Below, piece by piece: positions 1 through 13,655 of a stretch of 64,000 nucleotides of DNA (positions are counted from its first letter, which is position 1; every line of letters begins with the position of its first letter). Source of the stretch: Octopus sinensis (lineage: Eukaryota); the NCBI RefSeq assembly GCF_006345805.1, contig NC_042999.1:105524001-105588000 (forward strand). The letters are read 5' to 3'. A model generated the notes under the pieces. That model did no database searches and was not told the origin of the DNA. It was given only the letters and a program-made list of their open reading frames with translations. The translations under genes were made by a program, and so were the position numbers.

Positions 1-1395
1 AATTCCTTGTATACTTGAAATTAGATTAATAAATGAACATACACCCGTTTCACAGGTATACATATCTCATTATGTGATTATTTTCACTTTTAAACTATTA
101 AATTGATTCACGTTATAGGACGAAGCAACTATCTACAATCTTGTAAATTCATGTTCAGTGACAAATGTTTATGTTAATGGCAATAAAAACACTATGGCAT
201 ATATTGCATTACATTCCGTTCTAGATAGAAACAGGCAATTTAAAAAGAAAAACCTATTGCGTCACCTACCATTTAATCCAACATTTCTCCTCGAAATTAA
301 CTCCTTCCGCTGTGGATTTTTACGAGTTCAGTATTTTCTCACAAGGACATTGAACAATCCTCGTAACGAGCATTCTTCGACATTTCAGCTGCCCTTTATT
401 TTTTTGCCAAGAAATTATGTGTAAGAGGAGCCGCATAGACAGACACTTTGCAAGGGCTCAGTGTGCAGGGTTTGTTTACCGATGTCCCAGGTCAAATTCT
501 TCTCTTTTCCTTACACATAGCTCGATATACTATCATTACCTAAATTACCTTGTCAAAAAATCTCGTTATCAGCGATGCTATTCCACAGAAAAATAACGCT
601 CAGCATCACCTACAGCCAGGCTTTTATTACCAGTTCGATTTCAAATAAATCCTGATTGAATATGACTTTGTTTTGGTTTTATTCATATATGAAAAGACAC
701 AGCACACATTTTCAGAAATATGATGTATCTTTAGCTTTGACACGACATTTTATAGTTATTACCTATCGCAACACAATATTCCATATTTTACTGGACATAG
801 ATCTTATTATACGATTTTTGTGAGTTTTACTGTTTTCATTCAATTTATAAATAGATGGCTAATTCTATGTCTCGTTAATTTGATATATTTCCATTTATAC
901 TGGCAATTAGACTTTATTTATATCACTTTTTTCTGCATGGTTATACTTCAAGTAATTTTAGAACATTTCTTAGTCCAGAGATTTTTTATGTTAGATTTCG
1001 TCGTAATATATTTCAGTTTAAATTACATTAATAACGAATAATAAAATCAAAATAATATATTATCGAAAAAACATTTAGTCGACAAAATACAGGGGAAAGT
1101 AGACAATATTACAGAAGCTGAATATTTTCTAGTTTCTTGAGGCAATAATAGCGAGTGGTGTAAAAATTGATGCACACCAGCAAGTGTCCGAGTCAGTGAG
1201 ACACTCTCAAATCACGATGTAGCTCTTTTCCTTGAAACATAGTAGTTCTATGCTTTGTTAAAATAAACAATGATGAAGTGTCTTTTAGGTGTTTTGATTC
1301 GCAAGAAATAGTTATGAGATATTCTTCATCATTATGTTCAGAGAATATACGGCAAGGGAAATCAATTTATAGACACATTCATTCGTTCGTTCATT

Positions 1396-1463
1396 CATAC
1401 ATACATACATACATGCATGCATACATACATACATACATACATACATACTTACATACATACATA
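1396..1463. repeat. (TACA)n microsatellite
   Basis: Imperfect catacatacata run read directly. Confidence 0.9.
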
Positions 1464-1630
1464 CTGACACATATACGCACGCCCATACACACACTTGACA
1501 ACAAATACGTACTCACTCACTCACCCCCATTTATACATACACGCTCATTTACACCATTCTCACATACAACCACATACGCTTAGACACATTATGTCTTTGG
1601 GGGACATTGTTATCGTTATTATCATCACTA

Positions 1631-2332
1631 TTAGTAGCTGGCCCCGTGCCCTCGGAACTGGCGATTAATTTTAGTATTTCATATATAAGTAAAGCACAAA
1701 ACTAAGGTTTTAGTTTAATAATTCTTTTATAACCAAATTTATAATATACCTTTCAACCGCAGTCATTTTATATACTTCATACACGCAGGCAATGATTGCT
1801 TTCTCTAATGGTTTTTTTTGTATATGCATATGTTTGTGTAGGTGTGTGTGACTGTAATAATTATTTTTAACAAAATAGATAGAATATGGATGGTAAATCA
1901 AATTAATATACTTGTCAAAGTTATCTAGTGGCTCTCTTTTAAGAAGAGACATCCATCATCGTTTGTTACTGAAAGAACGCTGGTTCACACATACAAACTT
2001 TCACATACTTCCCTTGTACACACACAAACATATACTCACAAAAATTTGAAATGTTGTTTTGATTTTTCTTTTCAACGTTGAATATTCACCTTCCCACCTC
2101 CGTTGCACACACACACACGCACACACACACACATTCATATACTTCACTTTTACATACACAGAGATATACTCACACAGAGTTGAAACGCTGCTTCATATTT
2201 TTTGCACAGTAGAATTCCATCATCCCACTACCAGTTTGCCATAACCCATTTCTTCTTTATTCACCTATCACCCCATCTTTTCCCATTTATATTTTATGAC
2301 GGAGAAAAACCAAAGAGTATTTTTATTGTAGA
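1631..2332 (-). mobile_element. Non-autonomous Helitron-like element A
   Basis: On the minus strand it begins A|TCTACAATAAAAATACTC and ends with an imperfect GC-rich hairpin followed by CTACTAA|T (CTRR). Sits between A and T with no TSD; internal (CA)n. Confidence 0.55.
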
Positions 2333-2359
2333 TTATTATTATTGTATTATTATTACTAC

Positions 2360-2362
<3 letters not shown>

Positions 2363-2430
<68 letters not shown>
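2363..2430. repeat. (TTA)n microsatellite, left flank of the R4/Dong fragment
   Basis: Pure tta run. Confidence 0.97.
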
Positions 2431-2433
<3 letters not shown>

Positions 2434-2803
2434 ATTAATTTTTATAGAGTGCTTTCACTTCACTACCGAGCACAGCTCTGTGTGCCTTGGGTATGTGCTG
2501 TGATTTGTTGTGATGCTCTGATGGTTATTGTATGGAAAGTGTTCTGCGTAGGATGTGTGCAGTGCCTAGTAGTGCAATTTTCTGTATGTTATATGTGTTT
2601 GTAAGTCCTGGTGTTTTTGTTATGTATTTGTCTGAATATTTTTTTATCATGCCTAATGCACCTACTATGATAGGAATTGTTTCTGTTTTCAGATTCCACA
2701 TTCTAGTTACCTCTATTTCCAGGTCTTTGTATTTTGAGAGTTTCTCTATTTCTTTTAGAGACACGTTGTCATCTGCCGGTATTGATACATCAATTAGAAA
2801 GCA

Positions 2804-2806
<3 letters not shown>
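2431..2806 (-). mobile_element. 5'-truncated R4/Dong-like (restriction-like endonuclease) non-LTR retrotransposon, 3' end
   Basis: Minus frame reads KCFLIDVSIPADDNVSLKEIEKLSKYKDLEIEVTRMWNLKTETIPIIVGALG...QKIALLGTAHILRRTL*, the RLE C-terminus (LIDV..P, EK..KY..L, PIIVGALG). About 95 bp of 3' UTR follow. Flanked on both sides by (TAA)n. Confidence 0.88.

Positions 2807-2876
<70 letters not shown>
2807..2876. repeat. (TTA)n microsatellite, right flank of the R4/Dong fragment
   Basis: Pure tta run. Confidence 0.97.
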
Positions 2877-2877
<1 letters not shown>

Positions 2878-3608
2878 TCCAGTTCATTCAGTCTCTTTTT
2901 CCAGTTACTTAACCATGCTGGACCGTTGAACCATTTCGTCTCTCTCCATTTTTTATTCACTCTCCATTTTATTCCTATGGTCTTAACACTAAGAAAGGAA
3001 TGTTCTCAAATAAATTTAGCAAACACCAGAACGTAAACGAGCAAGACAAATGAAAAGCAACAAAATATACAGATTAATCACACGTCAGGTTTCGTTGTTA
3101 CAACTTACGTAGATGCTCGCAACTCGTCAGTGTGATCGTCATAGCAAAATATAATTTGGAAATCTATACACGTGACGCTTGTATGAGATTGAATATATAT
3201 ATATATTTCTACCAATTACATTTGGAGTTATATTTCAAATGTCTTCGTTTTGGCGCGCAAAATTACCGGAAATAATTCTGCAAAGAATATATTTCTCTCA
3301 GCGTTCTTAATTTTCATCCCATTCTGGTATAACGACCCTCTATGCTTGTTTTCGATCGGTTCCCTTGTATGGCTCAATTGTCCTGTTTTTGTTCCCAGCT
3401 TTAACATTTCATAGATCCTAAATTTTATTTTAGAATTTATGGGAGGACCCATATTGTCGTTGAATGCTCGAAATGATGGGTAGATAAACGGCCGAAAGCT
3501 GATGAAGAGTTCTCGGTCCGTGTTTTCTTGTCCTATTTTCTATTCTTCCTCTCGTCGTTTACGTATTTCATATTTGCACAGCTAGAAACATCCTGTATCC
3601 ATATAAGC

Positions 3609-3639
<31 letters not shown>

Positions 3640-4130
3640 ATATATAATATATATATATATATACATACATAGAGAGAGAGAGAGAATCAGAGAGAGAGAA
3701 TGTATGTGTGTATCTGTGTGTGTAGATTTGTGTTTGTCTTTTCTTCGTTGTGTGCCTCAGATTTCGATAGAGATGTAGCAAAACCGTCACGTTATATTCC
3801 TTGTGGAGCTCGTCTGTTTCGAATATATACCACACCCAGCTGATGTTCACTGCGAGAAAGGGAATAAAGACAGAACATAATGCTGTTCTTACTTTGAAAC
3901 CACTGAAAGATTACGTGAGCCTGGAAGATTTTGAAACGAGTTGACGGCATAAATGCCTCAAATCAGTTTGTTTAAAACTATCACAATTCTATCAAGTAGT
4001 CTGTGCATGCTTATGCATGAATACAGATGTTTATAAGCATTTACAAATACTGGTGTAGAGACACAATTATTGATAAGGATAATTAGAGGAATAGACAGAC
4101 AGTGACACACACAGACTGAGAGGAAGACAG

Positions 4131-4288
<158 letters not shown>

Positions 4289-6243
4289 AGGCAGTTAGAT
4301 AAATCGGTACATAATATCCCCAAAACACCCACCCACCTCCACATACGGAGTATTTATTAATTAGTTTCTCAGTATGAGTACCAGGAGAAGGTATCTACAG
4401 TTCCTCTTTGTTTTGGCTATAGAAGTAATCATTTCCCACGTTAATTACGCAGCAATTTATACATCTGAAAGTTTTGCAGCAGTGTATTTTTATTTGCATA
4501 TCTCACAGGAAGTCAGCGATTGTTAAAAAAATGTTGTTTTTCTTCCTACCTAATATTTTGAATTAAGTGACATTGTACGTTTCTATATTTGTTAGAAACT
4601 AATTCTCTAACAGATAACGAGTTTAAAATTGCTGGTCAATGTGTTGCAGCAGGAGATATTGGATTCTGTTACAGGAGTTATTTGTTCATGGAATTTCCCA
4701 ATTGTTTAATCAGTTAATGTCACGAACACCACTGCCATCTCCACCGGCGAAAACTATATATTAGCTAATAAATATTTCTTCATTTAGCATTGTGAAATGG
4801 AAGACATATCAATATTTAATAACATTTCCGAGGCCATAGTTTCTAAAACAAATTGTCGTCAACATATTCGCGTGACCTGCAAGAATAACCAGCGAAATCT
4901 TCCTGCAACTACTTCCGACTCTTTCAAAAGAGGAAAGTGATGCCGAAACATTTATTCGTAAAGAAGAATAACAAAACAAAAGAGAGAGAAAAAGCATTGT
5001 CAGATAAAAAAATTAATGGAAACTATTTCTAGAATAGCGAATCGTGGTAGGACGGTACACCGTCAAGAGAAAACAAACATTGATCAACACGAAGCATGAG
5101 AAAAATTTTAACGTTGCACTTTGCAGAAAACATCATAAGAGTATGCGGATAGGAAGGGATTGAATCTCAAAATTTACACGCATATATTAAAATGACACAA
5201 AGTACAAATCTTAACATTAAACGAGTGCAAATAATTGGGAAAATCGCCAAAAAATGGTCTTGCTATTTGTCGTAGAACAGCTGCTTAGGCAAAAGTGTAA
5301 CAATTCCAACAACCATAGATTCTAGAACGTAATACACAGGCGAACACTTAGGAAACGAAAACGTTGCTTATCGCTCTACAAGAAATATCAAATTCTTCAT
5401 TTCAATATCAAACACTGCAGCCTTGTAAATTGACTATATGGATAATATGGTCATCTATATACACTTCTTAGACAAAAACTAGATGAGCGTGATATAATTC
5501 TCCTTAATAGTCTTAAACAGCTAGTCCTAAACAAGAACATTCAAAGTAGACAAAATGCATACCGAATCTATAAAGTAAAATCATTAATGTATGGTAATAG
5601 TAATACACACCAATTTAATACAATTTTAAATCGTCGTAATAAAACACTAATTACATCTCAATAGTTTAGCGAAAGAAATCTACGAGATACAACTCATCAT
5701 AGGATCCGTTCAAATACTTATTGGTGCCACGATAAATTATAAGGACCAAGAGACAGTGAAGAATCCTTGACGTGTATAAATCGATGAAATAAGTGGAAGA
5801 GACAGACAGATCTTGAGTAGGCATTATGTACATAGGACGCACTATAAATAGCTGTATTAAAAAAAAAACATAAGCGAAAAGCATATTAATGTATTCATAG
5901 ATATCACTACCAAGTTACACATTACAACTACAGCACACAAACAACGCTATCGCCAACGTGCGCACATTTTGCCGTTATTAGGAATCTTTTTTAGCTTAAG
6001 CGGATTGCACACGCTCTCACGCATTGTGTTCGATAACTTAACCCAATAGTCACGAAGTCTCGTGAAGTGTAATGGGCACTGCATTCCCTACATTGAAAAG
6101 ATAAAAACTCAGCAGTTCAGTAAAGCAAAATTAAGTGTGACTAGTAGGATAATTGTCCGTTAAAATTGCTAAGAAAATCGCATCACATATATTAACACTT
6201 TAAAATGATATATTAAAAACAATCATAAGCTTTTATATGAAAA

Positions 6244-6757
6244 ATAGCAGTATCGCCCGGCGTAGCTCGGGTTTGTAAGGGAAATAACTATATAAGCATT
6301 TTTAGAGAGTTACTTCCCTTATAGATGCCAATTCGGGCTTTCTTAGCCATTTCCGTTTTGGTGTCTTCAAGCCATGAAGTCGTTGTTCTAAAAGAACGCT
6401 GGTTTCCTTGACAACGCTTTACGACGTTGATTTCCTTACACTCCCTTCCCCACAGCTTCATGAGGGAGGGAAGAAGGGGGAAAAGCAACACAGGTGCAGA
6501 TATGACCATGGACGCCAACTCCGCCGCCATCGACACACGAAAAAATATGCATTAAAATGGAATAAAAAATGATGTTAAATTATTTTTTAAATGGTAGACT
6601 CATCGTAGACGCGCGCTAATACCCAGACGGGCTTGATATGAATCACGACTATAAGATATCCGAATTTGGTTAAACTGCACCGCAAAATGTGGGAGTAGTT
6701 AGGAATCTAAATCGAAGGGGACAGACACTCACACAACTACAGTTTTATATATATAGA
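6244..6757 (-). mobile_element. Non-autonomous Helitron-like element B
   Basis: Minus strand starts A|TCTATATATATAAAACTGTAGTTGTGTGAGTGTCTG and ends CCCGAGCTACGCCGGG (hairpin) CGATACTGCTAT|T, with CTAG degenerated to CTAT. Confidence 0.7.
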
Positions 6758-7073
6758 TAAGCTTCAAGAAGTAAGAAATCGAAAAATCTTAAAATCGAAT
6801 TGCCATGAAGTGGTAAGAATAAGGAGTTAATACTAAGCAAATAAACTTAATAAAACCCATATTTAAAGGAACACTCGAATACACAGAATTTAATTCATAA
6901 AAATTATGGAACAAATAGAATATTACACATGCCAATTTAACTACTACTAATATTTTCAATGATTTCGATATTATTCTGTGGTTCAACTAGTAACAAAATT
7001 ACTACAAATCGTGTATGAAAAATTTCAGAAATTAAAAAAAAATCAATATCCTAAGATGCCGAACTTATTAAGA

Positions 7074-7849
7074 CTAATAGACCCGTGGAAATTCCACGGA
7101 TTGGAAATAATTAAATGGAAAGAGGGGATGATTTGCATTTTTATAGCATCCATTGTTTAACTTTCTTCAAATATTCTTGACGCTCGTCTACATTAATTTT
7201 CTCATGTCTCCAACAGTGTTGCCTTTTTCCTCTTTATATTATATCTTCTTGCTGTTCCTCTTTGATCCGTGCTCTATATCTGCCCATCCTTTCTCGGGCA
7301 TCTTGCAACCGTGTTTCTTGTCAATCAAGTATTTAGGCTAAATTTACCCGTATAAAGAAATATAAATTTCTGCAGCGAACAGACGCCATAACAAAATCAG
7401 TTCAATAAAAAAAATACTTTCACTATCAACACACTACCGCAACCACCTTCATTACCAACACCAACGCCGATATCTTTCCCTTCTCACTCTCAATATAACT
7501 GCCTCGCCCGTCCATCTCTCTCTCTACCTGTCTTTCTCTTGAGCTAACGTTTTAACCATGTAATTAAGTATTCCTTTCCCACCCCATCGCACACCGTTAA
7601 TAATGCTCTCTATTTCTCTCGTCACCTTTCTCTCTCGTGCTTCGCCTCTAACTTCAGCTGACCATGTGACCACTTGGCCTAAGTGTTTTAATATTAATCA
7701 CCTTTCTCTACTTCCTCCTCTCTTCTTTTTTCACTGTTCCTTTTTTCTCTGTATCTCTCACTCTTACTCCTCCTCTCACTTACTCCACCTCCATATCTCT
7801 AACTATCTAATGTATAACGGGAGAACGAACAAGCAGATTATTATATACA
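7074..7849 (-). mobile_element. Non-autonomous Helitron-like element C
   Basis: Perfect hairpin CCGTGGAATTTCCACGG (7083-7099) a few bases before TTAG|T on the minus strand. The putative 5' end A|TGTATATAATAATC near 7849 is degenerate. Confidence 0.55.
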
Positions 7850-8984
7850 TTACAAAAGAATACAGTGAATTTGCAATTTTCTGAAGGGAATACTGCAAAG
7901 GTTTGGTTTTTTTCAGATGAGGAAGAGCCTGAAACTTCTCCGATTTGTACAACCACAACTTTTATTATATTACCTCACAGGTTGAAATATTCCAGTCCAT
8001 AAAATAAACGGGGGAGAATGTACACAGACACACGACAAAATAAAATCACACGCCAGAGGACTCTATCGAACCATTTGATATCGATTTTTGACATGAATTT
8101 AATTACCATCGATCTTTAGATCTCTGAATATATATCTCATCCACATACGCTGCGGCTAGATATGCTAGCTGTTGTTCAGTGAATGCACTGGTTCATCCTA
8201 GCCGTTGACAGTCTTTGTTTATCAGCTCTGTATTTAGTGATATTCGTAATAAACTCAAAGAGATTATCATCCGAAATAGCTAACATGCACCATGCGGCAT
8301 CGCATGATTTCAAGGTACACCATATCAGGTAGCTACGTACTAATAAACACATGGCTGGGACTCAGGCAGATGCTAAAATTCTGGATCAAAGAAAACCTAG
8401 GAACAAATGAAGCGAAGAGGTGTCTCCACACCTCACAAAACCTTGGAAGTCCTGAAGGAACATCCTATTACCAGATACAGTTTAGTCATACCAGGACATG
8501 TATTTTTCTAATTATATAATAGACATATCGGTTAATTTAATTGTTGATACACTATGTGTAAAACGCTGGTTTGATGAATGTTCAAGGCTTATAACAAAAT
8601 CTCATTGCACAAAATAACAGCTGCGATTATATTTACATTGGCATATTCTAAATAGTGAAATTGTCTCCCTCGTTTAGCTCGAAGATGAATAAGTTGAACA
8701 AAGTTCACTTGCAAAATATACGACGATTGAAATTGAAGATTTTAATGATATACTATTTCCGTACGATGACTAACATGCCTCTTAAATGGATATGTTTATG
8801 TTTTGTTAATCACTTGCAATGAGATGATAATATCATATCAGACACAAATAATGGAGAATATGGCAACGCATTTTAGCAGCAATTACTCTTATATCGTAAA
8901 TTACTTAATTAACTTGTCTACTGGAATACATGACTGGAATTTGGTGCATAACTGAGTCTTACTCAGTTTGTCAAGTTTTTAACG

Positions 8985-9665
8985 ACGATAACTACGTTGA
9001 TGTTGATGAGGCTGGTGCTTGGTAACAGTGATGGTAGTTATTGCAATGATGTTAACAGAGGCTATGGTAATGAGAGTTGGTAGTCATGATAATAATGGTG
9101 CAAATGATAATTATCGAGTTTGTGTTAATGATGATGATGACGACGACGATAACGATGTTGAATATGATGACGCAGAAAATGATGAGGATATTGATATCGG
9201 CTTCAGTGTCAGTAAAGGTAATAATTATAATTAAAATGTAAGTGGACTTTGATTGAGAGAATGTTAGTGATGATCATAGTAATTTATATACCAGTGGTAG
9301 GGATCATTCACCTGAAGTTGGGGAACGCATTAATGTTTAAAGAATTCGGGTAGAAGTTGATTGAGGCGTTAATGATGTTCCCTAATAATAATAATCACTT
9401 TTCGTGATGATGATGTTGATGAAGATGACGATGACGACGACTATAACGATAAGGACAATGATGATGATAATGACGACGATGGTGGTGGTGTTGGTGGCGG
9501 TGAAAATGAGAGTTGCGGTGTTGTTGATGATGATGATGGTATCAATGATAATGTTGTTTGTGGTGATGATGGTGATAATATTAATAATAATGACGAAGGT
9601 GAAGTGACGACGTGGTCGATACAATTGATGGTGTTGGTATTGATGATGTTAATTGTAATGATCAT
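8985..9665. repeat. Degenerate (GAT/GAC/GGT)n trinucleotide low-complexity region
   Basis: gatgatgacgac and ggtggtgtt arrays; gives poly-D, poly-M and poly-I ORFs in several frames. Confidence 0.85.
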
Positions 9666-10298
9666 AGTTTATAGAAGAAAGTAAAATAACGAAACCACTG
9701 GTGGCGTTTATGATGTTAGTAGTGATTGCAGCTTCATGATATAGCAATTCTAGTGTTCTTTTAGATAATGGCCCTCAGAGATAATTTCAATCAAGTCAGT
9801 TACTGCAAAATAGACAAACGTTAGAATTCGACAAAACAAGTGATATTCAGTGTCGGAAAATTATAGGCATAAATCGTTCAAATTGTGTACTCAATTATTT
9901 AACCGTTAGAAAGTATAATCTGCTATAGAACCGTCAAGTGACGTCAAAAATTGGTGTTTAACCTTTCGTCTGCACAAATGCGTTTAGAATAGTTCATTCC
10001 ATCGTGTAAACATTTTGTAACGCAGTTTGTATCAGTGCCAATAGCCTCGAATTTTATTACTGCTAACCTACTTTTAGACATAGCATGGATTATAAAAGCC
10101 ACCTTATATCTAAATGCATATGTAGAAGTAGTTGTAATTTCTAATGGAAAGAGTTGTAACAGGTAGTATGATTTCGGATTATAGTCTAAATTGGGTCTGA
10201 TTCACTCTTATAACATTTTAAATCGGTCTATCTACTCAATGGATATCAACATAATAATGTTATTACTATTTATTTTTTATTCTTTTATTTGTTTCAGT

Positions 10299-11019
10299 GT
10301 TGCTGGACTGCTAGACTGGGTATCCAGGACGGCCTACGCTACCACTGGGAAAGGTATTCAGTGGGCACTGATGAACAAGTTGGAGGACTTGGACTACGCA
10401 GATGATCTCGCGCTACTGTCACATCGCCTGCAAGACATGCAAGATAAGGTAGACTACCTGAGAGAAACGTCACGGCAAGAAGCAAAAAGGCTTGGCAAGC
10501 CTTCGCTATTCTTCGGCCCGTATGGAAGTCCACTGCCATCTTAACTCGAACTAAACTCCGCTTATTTAGTTCAAGCGTATAATCTATGCTTTTGTAAGGC
10601 TCCGAAACATGGAGAGCCTCTTGCAGTAACTACAAGAAGATTCAGACCTTCATCAACAAATGCTTCCGGCATCTGAAGTGGTTCGTCAGAGTGCCAAACA
10701 CCGACCTGTGGGAAAGGGCCAACCAGGAGCCCATACATGTTCAGATTAGACGAAGTAAATGGAGATAGATCGGACACATACTGCGGGAAAACCCCTCAAA
10801 TGTGACACGACTATCACTTGACTGGAGCCCGCAGGGGAAAAGGAAGCGAGGACTCTCGAAGCAGACATGGAAGCGGAGCATTTTGGACGAGCTCTGGACG
10901 GCTTCTTTCGGCCTTACATGGGAAGGAGCCAAGAAATTCGCCAATAACCACAAAAACTGGAAAACAACTGTTGAGGCCCTATGTTCCACAAGGGGCAAAA
11001 AGATTAAGAAGAAGAAGAC
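10299..11019 (+). mobile_element. 5'-truncated, internally deleted RTE-clade LINE
   Basis: Frames read GIQWALMNKLEDLDYADDLALLSH (RT YADD), KAWQAFAILRPVWKS...GSETW, WRxIGHILR, LDWSPQGKRKRG and VEALCS. Short (AAG)n tail. 9-bp direct repeat TGTTTCAGT at 10290-10298 and 11020-11028. Confidence 0.92.
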
Positions 11020-11909
11020 TGTTTCAGTCATTTGACTGTGGCAAAACCGGAGCACCGTCTGAGTAAAATGTTTCACAAACTTCAAAAAGTAGAAGTATTC
11101 TTTGAGTGTTAAACAAAACAAAGACCTTGGATTAAATTACATTGCATTACGTAACGATTTTCTCAGATCATGCCTTGCTCAATTTCGCTTTAAATTTCCG
11201 TGCTTATAAAATAAACAGATATACATGTAATTGATCCACCCAAATACCGATCTGCAACCAAATCGGCAAATATATTATTACGTATGATATTATTAATAAG
11301 CGATTAATGATATTATTAATAAGCGAATAATTAAGCCTGTAAATTAGAGGAAAAGGTAGGCTTCATTCAACGATCCAATATTCATTGACTCCACATAATT
11401 AAACATCAAATGTCAATTCCTTTAGGCCTTCACGGAACCAAACATTTGTACGAGAACAATATATTGAATATGCATTTGTAGTTGACAAATTAACGTTGGC
11501 GAGATGCATGTCTCACACCTGCCGTCCATTTTCCAATCCAATTATGTGATATGAAGATCACGTAGTATTATTAAGAAAAAAACACAATCTTCTCCACCCC
11601 CGATCCCACACTATAACATTAGCTTCTGCCTTAGGCACAAAAACAAAATTTCTTTGAGATTACTATTGACAAGTTTCATTAGAATTGTCTTTTTTTATCG
11701 AAAATACATTGGTGAATGTCAGGGTCAAGCTTAGATTTGAACATAAAATTACAGCATTGTAAATATTTAGGAAGTCTATGTTTTCCAGGATATATTTCGA
11801 AACATGAAGATCAAGCCTCTAATCAGCTTATCATCGGTTTCTTAGTAGTCTAACACTGATAATATCCAACTGCCATCGTATGAACTAACTGTTATTGTGA
11901 TCATATAAT

Positions 11910-11955
<46 letters not shown>

Positions 11956-12074
11956 AAAAGCAATAAAGATTCAAGTTAATTTAAATGAATTTACTTGAAT
12001 ATGGTACCTAACTTAGATGCACCAAAAAAAAAACTATACTGTTTTAACAATACAGTAATGTGGGGTGATTATAA

Positions 12075-13135
12075 GCGAGAAAGAAGCAACAAGAATGGAT
12101 AGGTTTTTAGTACAATCGTTTCATACAAGGACAGGCTTTATTAAAAGTTGTAAAAATTACAGCATATAAACGTGTCCGTACTCATCAGCTAAAATACATG
12201 TGAGTTCTCTAGACATCCTAGTGGTTGAGGCTATACTCATGAAGTAATGTAGATAATTAAGTAACATAAACAGATTTCCAAAGTTCATTAAAGTTCTTTA
12301 AAGATGATGTACAGTCTTATCACAGAATTTTAAAAAAGTTCTAATAGCATCACAGAGAAGGTGACCTAATCCATAGAGCACATATGAATTTCCAGAGATA
12401 TGATGAGGGATTACATACTCACAGAAGACAAATTTATCCATTGTTAATCACAACGAGGTGGGTCTCAATTCCTGCTTATTAGCATTACAGAGAGGGTGAA
12501 TTAATCCTTTGTATAGATGCACAATTTCCAATGGTGTAGATGTAAGTTTCCAGAGAAATGAAGAGGAATTTCATATTCACAGGCGATAAATTTATCAATG
12601 GTTGAACACAATGAGGTAGGTATCAATTCTTGTTATATGATTAGGTATTTGCCACATTAATCACATTACTGCTATTTACAAGAGGCTGTAGCTATTTAAC
12701 TTATAAAGGCTGAAGGGCCTTCTGGAGAGGCCAAGAATAGAAAGGGAAGGGAATAGAAGAAAAGAGAGAAAATAAGGGAGGAGGGAGCAAAAAAAGGGGG
12801 GGGGAAGGGGACTAAAAGAGAAGAGAAAAGGAAAAAGAGAATAAGAAGAAGAAACAGAAAAAAGAGAAAAGAGAAAGAAATAGGGAAAGAAGGGAAAAAA
12901 ATAAAAATAAAAAAGAGGGTTCTAGTTATCCAGAAGAATTAGTAGACGGCAAGTCTGGTTTTAATTTACAGGCATCTAGGAACTAGAGGAGAATATTATT
13001 CTTTGGCCAGTAAAACAGTTAATTTATTGCTGTTGAAATCAGCTATGAATTTAAAGAGAATCTAAAGAGATAACACAGTCAGGGGTTTAGGGGTCAGATG
13101 TTAAAATCAAAAGAAAATACATTAGGAAAATCTAA
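12075..13135. repeat. Left arm of 1.06-kb inverted repeat
   Basis: Reverse complement of 14344-15405. I see only about 3 differences: a 1-nt indel near 12177 and substitutions near 12447 and 12600. Confidence 0.97.
12105..12194 (-). ncRNA. Type I hammerhead ribozyme with extended stem II (left arm)
   Basis: Minus strand reads TTTTAG-CTGATGA-GTACGGACA...TGTCCTTGTAT-GAAAC-GATT-GTA-CTAAAA: stem I, complete core and minimal near-palindromic stem III. Confidence 0.75.
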
Positions 13136-13655
13136 GTATAATCTTATCAAAAAGTCAATAAAACTTACTTATTTAATTTATTCATTTTATTGTCTTAAGG
13201 AGTTGCCGTTATTATTCATACATTGACGGACTACAGGTCAAATCTTAGAAGATCATTTACAAGGTGTTAGGGATTGTCTATCATAATGAAGATAATCATA
13301 TTATCACCGAGGGGGTAGCCTTATTTATTTAATTTTGAAATAGAATTATGGGGCTATAGTATCTCATTTTATTTTATTAGAGTTATGCTACTTAAATTAG
13401 ATTAAGTTAGGAATTAAAATTAAAAATTACAATTAAGATTTAAAATTAAGAATTTAAAAGATTATGAGTTTGAAATTAGATAAAGCCTAAATTAAGCAGC
13501 GTATAAGTACTATTCATTTCCCTGTTCTCAAAAAACTGATGCAGATATAAGGAAAAAGATAACTGTGGTGTGAGAACTCTTAGTTATCTACTTAAAGCAG
13601 TGCTATACTAGTAGAAATCAAGTTATATCTATCTATCTAGTTACGGATATTCTAA

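Noticed and set aside
3490-3530. CTGATGA at 3499-3505 as a hammerhead
   Set aside because: No stem II followed by GAAA downstream (the nearby GAAA is upstream) and no closing stem I. At most a decayed terminal-repeat fragment.
9019-9665. Acidic or Met-rich protein exon
   Set aside because: Degenerate trinucleotide repeat that is open in several frames on both strands, with no domain signal.
12500-12545. Arm peptide LYRCTISNG resembling IYKCTISTE of the GIY-YIG ORF
   Set aside because: There is no following YIG/YVG motif and the frame has nearby stops; probably coincidence.
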